In this document: positions 6,815 through 14,021 of the stretch, piece after piece
Layout of the letters: each line of letters starts with the position of its first letter
How positions within the stretch are numbered: position 1 is the stretch's first letter
Made by a program: the position numbers and the translations under genes
DNA from: a virus
Taxonomy: Duplodnaviria; Caudoviricetes
Strand: one strand, 5' to 3'
Length of the DNA stretch: 40,539 nucleotides
Virus record (IMG/VR): IMGVR_UViG_3300048578_000440
Span: 1-40,539 of that record
The notes under the pieces: generated by a model
Database searches by the model: none
What the model saw: the letters and a program-made list of their open reading frames with translations, nothing else
What the model was told of the DNA's origin: nothing

Positions 6815-7660
6815 ATGAACACGGACATTCGAATCGCCGTTTCCTTCAAGGGGCACCGAAAGCGGAAACGCTTGCGAATGATGCTCGGCCCGGACTCAAC
6901 CGACTATCTCCTTGACCTGTGGATTTCCACGGCCATGAATCATCCTACCGGAATACTTCATGGAATGGATGCCACGGACATCGCGCTCGAGGCAGGATGG
7001 GAGGATGATCCGGAAAAATTCGTCTCGGCGCTCCAGACCTGCGGTTTTCTCGATCAAGACGAGGACGGCGCGTACGCCCTGCACGATTGGGAAGATCACC
7101 AGGGCTACGCTATCCATGCGGAAAAGCGGACAGAAAAGGCGAGGAAGGCAGCCCAGGCGCGATGGGGCACAAAAGAGAAAAATGCTCCGAGCATGCCCGA
7201 AGCATTGCCCCAAGCATCGTTTAGCAATGCCCCTTCTCCTGCTCCTTCTCCTGCTCCTTTAGCTCTCTCTCACCCGTCAAACGGGGAGAGAGCGAGAGAA
7301 ATCATTTTCGCCCTCATGTCCGAGTGCCGGCCAAAAAAGAGGCCGAAACGTCCGGGCAAATGGCCGGCGATGCTGCAGGGGCTCCTCGACGATGGGCAAA
7401 CCCTCGAAGACATCGAGCGGGCAACCCGGTTTGCCCTGCAGAATTGGTTTTGGAGTTCACGAATCCTTTCACCGAAAGCGTTCTTTGAGAACTTCGGACA
7501 GATCGTTGACCAAGCGGCAAAGGAACTGGAATCACAAGCCCAATGCAGCGTTGATGGCATAGGGCAGGGGATGAGCGCTGAAGCCTGGGAAGAGTTGAAG
7601 AAAAAAAGCCGAGTGCAGCATGCAGTTTCCAACACAGTGGTGAAGTCAATGCCTCCTTGA
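6815..7660 (+). CDS. Phage replication initiator / replisome organiser-like protein
   Basis: Follows dnaB. N-terminal winged-helix-like region (HRKRKRL...LLDLW...DIALEAGW....FVSAL..CGFLD......LHDWEDHQ), basic helix KARKAAQARW, Pro/Ser linker, and C-terminal FW...ILSP.AF..NF motif. ATG 6815 has an AGGA RBS (alternative start 6797). Confidence 0.7.
   Translation: MNTDIRIAVSFKGHRKRKRLRMMLGPDSTDYLLDLWISTAMNHPTGILHGMDATDIALEAGWEDDPEKFVSALQTCGFLDQDEDGAYALHDWEDHQGYAIHAEKRTEKARKAAQARWGTKEKNAPSMPEALPQASFSNAPSPAPSPAPLALSHPSNGERAREIIFALMSECRPKKRPKRPGKWPAMLQGLLDDGQTLEDIERATRFALQNWFWSSRILSPKAFFENFGQIVDQAAKELESQAQCSVDGIGQGMSAEAWEELKKKSRVQHAVSNTVVKSMPP
7181..7230. repeat. Iteron-like ATGC/AGCA(T/A) repeats in the initiator linker; putative replication origin
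   Basis: AATGCTCCGAGCATGCCCGAAGCATTGCCCCAAGCATCGTTTAGCAATGC has AGCA at 7190, 7201, 7213 and 7223. Related motifs (TATGCTCCAAGCATA, AGCAATGCT twice) lie upstream of the gene at 6738-6787. Confidence 0.55.
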
Positions 7661-7755
7661 CTACAAAAACGGGTGAATGCTGGTCAATATTTACGGGTTG
7701 AGTACAGTAAAGCGGTGTAGTAGAGTTTGAGAACTGGGAAAGCAGAGTTCACCAC

Positions 7756-8298
7756 ATGGCGAAGTTTACCGACGCGGACTACCTCGAAGGCAAGAAAGCA
7801 GGCCTGACCCAAAAGCAGATGGCCATAGAGCATGGCGTTTGCGAGGCCTATGTCTCGAAAGTCAAGAAACGCTGCGAGGGAAGCGTTGCGGCTGCGACGC
7901 CGCCGGTGATCCAGGCCGAGGTGCTCACGCGGCAGCATGACGCGCTGACCAAACTCTCGCTGCTGGCCGACAAGGCGGCCGCCCTTGCGGAGTTGTGCGA
8001 GAAGGCCCTTGCAGGCGATTGGCAGGCCAAAGGGCGGCTGGAGCAACTCGTGGGGCGCAAGGGCAATGGTTTGCAGGCCTACATCGCCATCCTGGCCGAG
8101 ATGCGCAAGCAGCTGGAACTGGACAACACGATCAAGCGCACCAAGTTCGACATCGAGCGGTGCATGCAGTTCCAGGCCAAGGTCATGGAAGTTTTGCAAC
8201 GAGCCGCGCCGGATCTTGCCCGGCAGGTCGTCGAGGAGCTGCTGGCAATCGACGCCACGCAGAATGCCCTGGATTTTGGACTGAAGGCGTCGGATTAG
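7756..8298 (+). CDS. HTH protein, putative terminase small subunit
   Basis: N-terminal HTH (GLTQKQMAIEHGVCEAYVSKVKK) followed by long helices; lies upstream of the large terminase. Confidence 0.55.
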   Translation: MAKFTDADYLEGKKAGLTQKQMAIEHGVCEAYVSKVKKRCEGSVAAATPPVIQAEVLTRQHDALTKLSLLADKAAALAELCEKALAGDWQAKGRLEQLVGRKGNGLQAYIAILAEMRKQLELDNTIKRTKFDIERCMQFQAKVMEVLQRAAPDLARQVVEELLAIDATQNALDFGLKASD

Positions 8299-8299
8299 A

Positions 8300-8329
8300 T
8301 TCGTCGTCTTTAGCATAAAAGACGACGAA
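8300..8329. promoter_or_regulatory. Perfect 12-6-12 inverted repeat; candidate tyrosine-recombinase crossover or binding site
   Basis: TTCGTCGTCTTT-AGCATA-AAAGACGACGAA, about 135 bp upstream of the second recombinase. It could also act as a terminator. Confidence 0.5.
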
Positions 8330-8463
8330 AAGATTAGAAGGAATTGAACGTGAATTCAGGGTGTTGTCGCGATATTGCCGAAATTGCCGGTTTCGAAGCC
8401 CTTGACGTTAGTCGTGTAAAGCTGAAAAATGCCATAAAACACGACGAAACGGAGGGCCAGGAA

Positions 8464-9057
8464 ATGACGCGCAACAACCACGCTCCGAAAGGCTCGGCCA
8501 TCGCGGTTGACCCGATCAAGAGCAAGAAGGCGCTCGGAACCATCGCCAAGCTGCTGTTCGACAAGCCGCGCGACCATGCGCTGTTCGTGGTCGGGATCCA
8601 CTCGGCCTTGCGGGCCAGCGACCTGCTGTCCCTGACCGTCGGCGGGGTCAAGGCCATCCTGGCCGATCCGGACGATGGCGACGTGGTGCGGGAGATCAAA
8701 ACCGGCAACCTGCGGCGGATCAGTGCCAACAAGCCCGTCAGGGAGGCCGTGGAGCGCCTTTTGGCCTCCAGGCCATACCAGGATGCGGATTTGCTCTTTC
8801 AGGGCAAACGGGGCCGTCTGACGACGTCCTGGCTGCGGCGCATGGTCATCGGCTGGTGCGAAGCCGTCAACCTGCCCGGCCATTACGGTTCGCACACGTT
8901 GCGGAAAACCTGGGGCTACCACATGCGCGTGACCTGCAACGTGGATATTCCCACGCTGATGGCCGTCTTCGGTCACGCGACGCAGAAGCAAACGCTCGAC
9001 TACCTGTGCATCCAGCCGGACGAGATCCGGTCAGTGTACGCCTTCGAGCTGGTGTGA
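8464..9057 (+). CDS. Short, catalytic-domain-only tyrosine recombinase (resolvase-like)
   Basis: RDHALF..GIHSALRASDLL (R), EIKTG (K), GSHTLRKTWGYH (HxxR), FGHA (H), TLDYL (Y). About 197 aa with no arm- or core-binding domain. RBS GGAGGG at 8451. Confidence 0.88.
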   Translation: MTRNNHAPKGSAIAVDPIKSKKALGTIAKLLFDKPRDHALFVVGIHSALRASDLLSLTVGGVKAILADPDDGDVVREIKTGNLRRISANKPVREAVERLLASRPYQDADLLFQGKRGRLTTSWLRRMVIGWCEAVNLPGHYGSHTLRKTWGYHMRVTCNVDIPTLMAVFGHATQKQTLDYLCIQPDEIRSVYAFELV

Positions 9058-9065
9058 GGGAAGCG

Positions 9066-10697
9066 ATGGCGGGACGACGGACAACGGGACTTGTGGGAGG
9101 AAAGGATGGGCGGTCGATCATGACCGACTTCCTGACCAAGGTGCAGACGGTGGTCCAGACGACGGAGCAGGCCCCCCCCGGGGGGGTGGGGGGGTGGGCC
9201 TGCCAGAAGGGGGTGGTGCTCGACCGGGGCCCCTTCTCCTTCTCCCGTCACGAATGTCTGCAGGTGCCGTATTCCGACGATCATCCCCGCCAGGTCGAAA
9301 TGAAGTGCGCCCAGATGGGCAACACCACCCGGGCTATTTTGCGGGCGTTTTGGTGCGCGTTGTTCATGCCCTTTGTCGGCATCCTGTACCTGTTCCCGTC
9401 GTCCAAGGGCTCGGGCGACTTCTCGCGGACCCGCGTCGGGCCGCTGGTGGACCGCAACGCTGATACCCTGGGGAAGTGGGTGCAGAACACCGACTCCATC
9501 GGCGTCAAGCAGGTGCGGGGCAAAAACCTGCTGTTTCGCGGGACGAAGTCCACGGAAGGGTTGCGCTCGGACCCGGTGGACTTCGTGATCTACGACGAAT
9601 TTGACCTGTTTCCGGCCGGAATCGACGCCGTGGCCCGGGAGCGCATGGCCCACTCGGACCACAAGTGGGAGCATTTCCTGTCCAACCCGACCCTGCCGGA
9701 TTTCGGGATTGACCGCCTGCACCAGCTCACGGACCAGCGGCGCTGGCTGCTCAAGTGTCCGGCCTGCGGCGGCTGGACCGATCCAGTGGAAGAGTGGGAA
9801 GCGGCGGCCACTCCCCGGGAGCGGGGGGTGCCGGACCTTTTGTGGGAGCGGTCGGACGGGACGGTGGTGCTGCGGTGCATGCGCTGCCGTGACGGCGTGC
9901 TGCATCCGGCCCAAGGCGAGTGGGTGGCGCGCAAGCCCGGGGTGGCGGACTGGCGCGGCTACCAGTACAGCCAGCTCTTTTCGCAGTATGTGACCCCGGC
10001 GGAAATTCTCTCGCAGTACCGCACCACGCTCAGCATGTCCGCGTTTTACAACTACAAGCTCGGGTTGGCCTACGTCGAGGCGGATTGCCGCATCACGAAG
10101 GAAGAGGTGCTGGCCCTGTGCGGTTCCCACGGCATTGCCGCCTCGGACACGGGGCCGTGCTGCATGGGGGTGGACCAGGGCAAGGGGCTGCATGTGGTCA
10201 TCGGGCGGCGGGACGGCACCATCATCCACCTGGGCGAGTACCGGGATTTCGAGGAGCTTGATGGGTTGATGCGGCAGTTTGGCGTGTCGCGGTGCGTCAT
10301 CGACGGCATGCCCGAGACGCGCAAGGCCCGGGAGTTTGCCGCGCGTTTCCCGGGCCGGGTGTTTCTCAACTGGTACAGCCCGCACCAGAAGGGGGCTTAC
10401 GCCTGGAACGAGGAAAAATTGCAGGTGTCGGTCAACCGGACGGAAAGCATGGACGCGGCCCATGAAGCCCTGACCGGAAAGCGGCTGGTGCTGCCCAGGC
10501 ATTGCGGCCCGGTGGACGTGTTCGCTTCCCACTGCGCCGCGACGGCCAAGAAGCTGGAAGAGGACGAAGAGACGGGGAGCAGGACCTACACCTGGGTCAG
10601 GCTCGGGCCGGATCATTATCGGCATGCGCTCAACTATTGGGGCATTGCGGCGGATTTCGCCAGCAACAGTTTTTATGCGGGGATGAACTTGCAATGA
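9066..10697 (+). CDS. terL: Terminase large subunit, GpA-like
   Basis: Walker A-like KCAQMGNT, Walker B VIYDEFD, LSNPT coupling motif, CPAC...CMRC Zn ribbon, nuclease MGVDQG ... IDGMP ... DHYRHA. Start is 9066 or 9120. Confidence 0.9.
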   Translation: MAGRRTTGLVGGKDGRSIMTDFLTKVQTVVQTTEQAPPGGVGGWACQKGVVLDRGPFSFSRHECLQVPYSDDHPRQVEMKCAQMGNTTRAILRAFWCALFMPFVGILYLFPSSKGSGDFSRTRVGPLVDRNADTLGKWVQNTDSIGVKQVRGKNLLFRGTKSTEGLRSDPVDFVIYDEFDLFPAGIDAVARERMAHSDHKWEHFLSNPTLPDFGIDRLHQLTDQRRWLLKCPACGGWTDPVEEWEAAATPRERGVPDLLWERSDGTVVLRCMRCRDGVLHPAQGEWVARKPGVADWRGYQYSQLFSQYVTPAEILSQYRTTLSMSAFYNYKLGLAYVEADCRITKEEVLALCGSHGIAASDTGPCCMGVDQGKGLHVVIGRRDGTIIHLGEYRDFEELDGLMRQFGVSRCVIDGMPETRKAREFAARFPGRVFLNWYSPHQKGAYAWNEEKLQVSVNRTESMDAAHEALTGKRLVLPRHCGPVDVFASHCAATAKKLEEDEETGSRTYTWVRLGPDHYRHALNYWGIAADFASNSFYAGMNLQ

Positions 10698-11350
10698 AGC
10701 TGGAAGCCTATGTCGAGCCGGTGAGCGGACTGACGCGGATTCGGGACAGGGAGACCGGGATGCGGTTCACCCGGGTGGTGGCCGGGCTGTGCTGGCCCAA
10801 GGGGACCACGCCGGGTGCGGTGGTGGCCCTGGCCGAGGATGTGGCCGCCGATCCCGTGGACGGCTACCGCACGTTGCGGCTGGTGGACTACGAGTCCCAC
10901 GCGGACGTGGAACGCCTTTTGGAACTGGCGGCGGAAGCAGCCCCGCTGGTGGGGGAGTGGGCCGGCCGCTCGGCGGTAACGGCCTGGGTGGGCAACCCCT
11001 TTCACCCGTATTCCAAGCGGCTGCGGATGTTCAATGAGCGCCTGACAGCCCAGGGACGGCCGCGCATCACCCTGCGCCCCGCCCCCGGGGTGGGGGCCGG
11101 GGGCCAGCTCCACGCCGACCTGGCTCCCTACCTGACGGCCCGGGTGGTGGGTCGCTCGGCCCTGGTCCTGGGCCGGCAGGATCTGGTTGCCCAGGTGGAG
11201 GACGCCGGCCGGGACATCCGGCGGCATATCGAGGATTTTCCGGCCGTGGCGGCGCTGTTGTGGGTTATAGCCTGCTGCGACGAGCGCAAGCCGGCTCTCG
11301 GACGCAGGGAAACACGGTCGGGTTCGGCCGATACCGTGGCGGGGTATTGA
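10694..11350 (+). CDS. Hypothetical protein coupled to terL, possibly RNase H-like fold
   Basis: ATGA overlap with the terL stop. Beta-rich N-terminus FTRVVAGLCWP...GAVVALAED. Confidence 0.65.
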   Translation: MKLEAYVEPVSGLTRIRDRETGMRFTRVVAGLCWPKGTTPGAVVALAEDVAADPVDGYRTLRLVDYESHADVERLLELAAEAAPLVGEWAGRSAVTAWVGNPFHPYSKRLRMFNERLTAQGRPRITLRPAPGVGAGGQLHADLAPYLTARVVGRSALVLGRQDLVAQVEDAGRDIRRHIEDFPAVAALLWVIACCDERKPALGRRETRSGSADTVAGY

Positions 11351-11351
11351 T

Positions 11352-11552
11352 ATGGCGGGAGAAGGGCGTGATCCCAACGTGTTGCTTGGTCGGGATGTTA
11401 TCCGGGGAGTGCTTGGAGTAGGCCGAAGGCGGTTTGCGCAGCTTATAGAGCTGGGGTTGCCGGTGCGCAAAGATGGGTATAGTTATCTTGCTCATCGGGA
11501 AGAAATACTGCTCTGGTGGCGCGAGTACACGGACGGTCCAGTACAGAGGTAA
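11352..11552 (+). CDS. Small HTH (excisionase/MerR-like) DNA-binding protein, candidate late regulator
   Basis: LLGRDVIRGVLGVGRRRFAQLIELGLPVRKDG..YLAHREEILLW fits a winged-HTH pattern. Confidence 0.65.
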   Translation: MAGEGRDPNVLLGRDVIRGVLGVGRRRFAQLIELGLPVRKDGYSYLAHREEILLWWREYTDGPVQR

Positions 11553-11557
11553 GCGCG

Positions 11558-11794
11558 ATGCTCCTGTTCGATGATTCAAAGAAATTGGAAAAAGCCGTAG
11601 GCCCTGAAGCGGCTGAGGTTATCGCCAAGCTGTTCGAAGCCCAGGACGCAGCTATGCGGAAAGACTTGGCGACCAAGGCTGATTTGGAGCTCAAGCTGGC
11701 CGAGACAAAAGCCGATTTGATCAAGTGGGTGGCTGGGATGTTGGTTGCCCAGTCAGCCATTATTGCTGCCCTGGTGAAGCTGCTGGCGAAGTGA
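11558..11794 (+). CDS. DUF1640/CCDC90-like coiled-coil membrane-anchored protein
   Basis: GPEAAEVI...LATKADLE..LAETKADLIKWVAGMLVAQSAIIAALVKLL. RBS GAGG before ATG 11558. Confidence 0.75.
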   Translation: MLLFDDSKKLEKAVGPEAAEVIAKLFEAQDAAMRKDLATKADLELKLAETKADLIKWVAGMLVAQSAIIAALVKLLAK

Positions 11795-11798
11795 CGCG

Positions 11799-12014
11799 AT
11801 GACTGAACAGCACAAAGATTCAATCAATGTGACGGCGATTTTGGTTTCCGCTATTATTGCTTTCGCAATTGTCTTTAGTGTTTATATCTATACGGATTCT
11901 AATCGATATTCAGTTAATTTGCATGATCTTCGTGGGTTTGTATTGGATAAAAAGACTGGTCAGGCGTGGTTTTTAATGCCAGACACGATGCGGCCAGTAC
12001 CTGTTACCAGATAG
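11799..12014 (+). CDS. Small single-pass membrane protein (AT-rich, moron-like)
   Basis: Hydrophobic helix AILVSAIIAFAIVFSVYIY followed by a short beta-rich tail (VLDKKTGQAW). Confidence 0.65.
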   Translation: MTEQHKDSINVTAILVSAIIAFAIVFSVYIYTDSNRYSVNLHDLRGFVLDKKTGQAWFLMPDTMRPVPVTR

Positions 12015-12140
12015 CTTTTTCTACCCCTCCCGATCCGCTTCTTGGGCCTTGCCTACGGTGCCGAAAACACCGCCGCAGACGGCCTCCCCGCACGATGCAG
12101 ATTCCAGCATGAATATTTGTCAAGAAAAAACTTCATACCC

Positions 12141-12226
12141 ATTCCGGTTCATCTCCGGCTCTATCCGGTTCATCTCTGGTACATTCCGGTACAGGGCCGA
12201 AACAGCGTAAAAACCCGTGGTACAGT
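12141..12226 (+). promoter_or_regulatory. Putative late promoter: five helically phased T-C-(C/T)-G-G-Y repeats plus extended -10
   Basis: C(C/T)GG at 12144, 12155, 12165, 12176 and 12186 (spacing 11, 10, 11, 10). TG-G-TACAGT at 12218-12226. No recognisable -35. Confidence 0.55.
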
Positions 12227-12290
12227 TTGGCCTGCTGCAACGGCTGCCGCCCGTACGTTTTCCACCGCACGACGCCCTCTCCTGACCCTG

Positions 12291-12326
12291 GACATGGCGG
12301 CCGCCACTCAAGGAGGCCGCCATGTC
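12291..12326 (+). promoter_or_regulatory. 12-bp hairpin sequestering the endolysin RBS and start codon
   Basis: GACATGGCGGCC (12291-12302) pairs perfectly with GGCCGCCATGTC (12315-12326), which contains ATG 12322 and the end of AGGAGG. Confidence 0.7.
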
Positions 12327-12879
12327 TCTTTTTGCCGCCACGGAAGAACAAATCGTCCAGATCGCGCATGAAGCGGCCAGCCGGCACGGGCTGCCGCCGC
12401 TCCTGGTCCAGTCCGTCATCCAGGTCGAATCCGGGGGCGACGTCTGGGCCTGGAATGCCGAGCCGCGCTATCGCTGGTTCTGGGATGTCCGGGCCAATAA
12501 GCCGTTTCGTCCGGTCACCGCTGCCGAGTCTGCGGCCGAAGTTCCGCCCAAGGATTTCATGGCGTGCAAAGGGGTTGACCCGGACGCCGAGTGGTGGGGC
12601 CAGCAGGCGTCCTGGGGTCTGATGCAGGTCATGGGGGCCGTGGCCCGGGAGCGGGGTTTCCCGGGCCGGTTCCTGAACGCCCTGCATGATCCGGTGGCCA
12701 ACGTGGACATCGGGTGCAAGCACCTGGCCGCCTACGCCAAAAGCTACCTCGGCAAATACGGCTGGGCGGGCGTGCTTCGGGCCTACAACGGCGGCCCCGA
12801 CGCTGCCGTGCACAATACCAATCCCGGATACCCGGCCAGGGTCTGCGCCCTCATCGACGGAGGGCTGCCCCATGCCTAG
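12322..12879 (+). CDS. Endolysin, SLT lytic transglycosylase family
   Basis: VIQVESGG (catalytic E), SWGLMQVM, AYNGG. Confidence 0.9.
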   Translation: MSLFAATEEQIVQIAHEAASRHGLPPLLVQSVIQVESGGDVWAWNAEPRYRWFWDVRANKPFRPVTAAESAAEVPPKDFMACKGVDPDAEWWGQQASWGLMQVMGAVARERGFPGRFLNALHDPVANVDIGCKHLAAYAKSYLGKYGWAGVLRAYNGGPDAAVHNTNPGYPARVCALIDGGLPHA

Positions 12880-13402
12880 CCCCCTGGAATGGCTGCGGCA
12901 CCGCTGCAACCCGCTGCATGTGTTTTGCCGGTTGAAGGATCTCGGATTTTCCGAGGCCGTTGCCCGGCGCAGCTGCGCGGTCTGGGAGTGGGTCTACACC
13001 CGGCCGCGTGTGGCGCTGATCGTCCTGGCCACGGCGTTGGTGCTGTTCTCCTGCCAGTCGGCCCGGGCCGGCCGCGACCATCCCGAAAAGTTCTACCAGG
13101 GCATCTGGTGCGCCTCGGCCGGCGGGGCGCTGGAAACCACGCCGCGCGAAGGGCTGCGGGTGGACTGCGAGACGGACAGCCACGCCGTGGAGTTCGATTT
13201 TGCCAGCAAATGGGCCGAGGCTGTGGGCCAGTCCCTGGCCTACGCCGGGGCAACGGGCAAGCGGGCCGGGATCGTCCTGATCCTGGAGCGGCCCGGGGAT
13301 GTGCGGTTTCTCGACAAGCTCCGGTTTGTCATCGCGGCCAGCGAACTGCCCATTGACGTCTGGACCATGGGTGCGGGCGTGGAGGTGAAGCGTGGACGCT
13401 AA
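12872..13402 (+). CDS. Membrane-anchored/exported protein with a PD-(D/E)XK-like core
   Basis: TM segment VALIVLATALVLFSC, then RVDCET..HAVEFDFASKWAEAVGQSLAYA..TGKRAGIVLI. Confidence 0.6.
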   Translation: MPSPLEWLRHRCNPLHVFCRLKDLGFSEAVARRSCAVWEWVYTRPRVALIVLATALVLFSCQSARAGRDHPEKFYQGIWCASAGGALETTPREGLRVDCETDSHAVEFDFASKWAEAVGQSLAYAGATGKRAGIVLILERPGDVRFLDKLRFVIAASELPIDVWTMGAGVEVKRGR

Positions 13403-13793
13403 GACCGTTTTGAGCGCCTACGCCAGGTCCAAAACCGTCTGGGGCGGCCTGCTCCAGTGGGCGTTGTCCGGGCTGTTGGCGCTGATGGCCTCAGGCACGG
13501 TCCACACGTTCAAATTCTCCATCGACGAGAACGCTCCCCTGGTCCTTTCCCTGGACGCGCCGACGTTGTTTGCAGCGGTTTCGGCCTGCCTTGGGCTGGT
13601 GCTGTACGGTCGAAACGAGGCGCAGGGGCCGCTTTTGAGCGGGAAGGTCAAGGACCCCAGGGTGGAGAGTTCTCAGCAGCAGATTCTCGCCGTCCTGGAG
13701 CAGGCAATAGCCTCCAGGAAAAACCAACCCATTGTCGGGGCAACGGCCCCTGAAGGAGCCGAGCCATGCGACACCTCGCCGCATGTATCCTGA
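13392..13793 (+). CDS. Two-TM membrane protein, holin-like
   Basis: N-terminus AYARSKTVWGGLL typical of small holins; two hydrophobic segments; GTG start after GGAGG. Confidence 0.55.
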   Translation: MDAKTVLSAYARSKTVWGGLLQWALSGLLALMASGTVHTFKFSIDENAPLVLSLDAPTLFAAVSACLGLVLYGRNEAQGPLLSGKVKDPRVESSQQQILAVLEQAIASRKNQPIVGATAPEGAEPCDTSPHVS

Positions 13794-14020
13794 TCGTTTC
13801 CCTTCTTCTTATGGCCGGCTGCGCCGGCATGACCGGCGTCACCGCCGATTCCCTGGAGAGCCAGGCGGCCGGCGTGGTCGCAGCGCTGGAAGCGTTGCCG
13901 CAGATCCCGGCCGACGCCAGGACGCAAGCCCAGGTGGATGGTTGGAAAACGTGGCTGGCCTCTCTGGCCAAGGCCGGATCCGCCGTGGCCGTGGCCGCCA
14001 TGAAGGCCCGGGGGATGTGA
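13766..14020 (+). CDS. Small lipoprotein (possible spanin component)
   Basis: Signal peptide with lipobox LMAG-C; RBS AAGGAG; lies within the lysis cassette. Confidence 0.65.
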   Translation: MRHLAACILIVSLLLMAGCAGMTGVTADSLESQAAGVVAALEALPQIPADARTQAQVDGWKTWLASLAKAGSAVAVAAMKARGM

Positions 14021-14021
14021 C

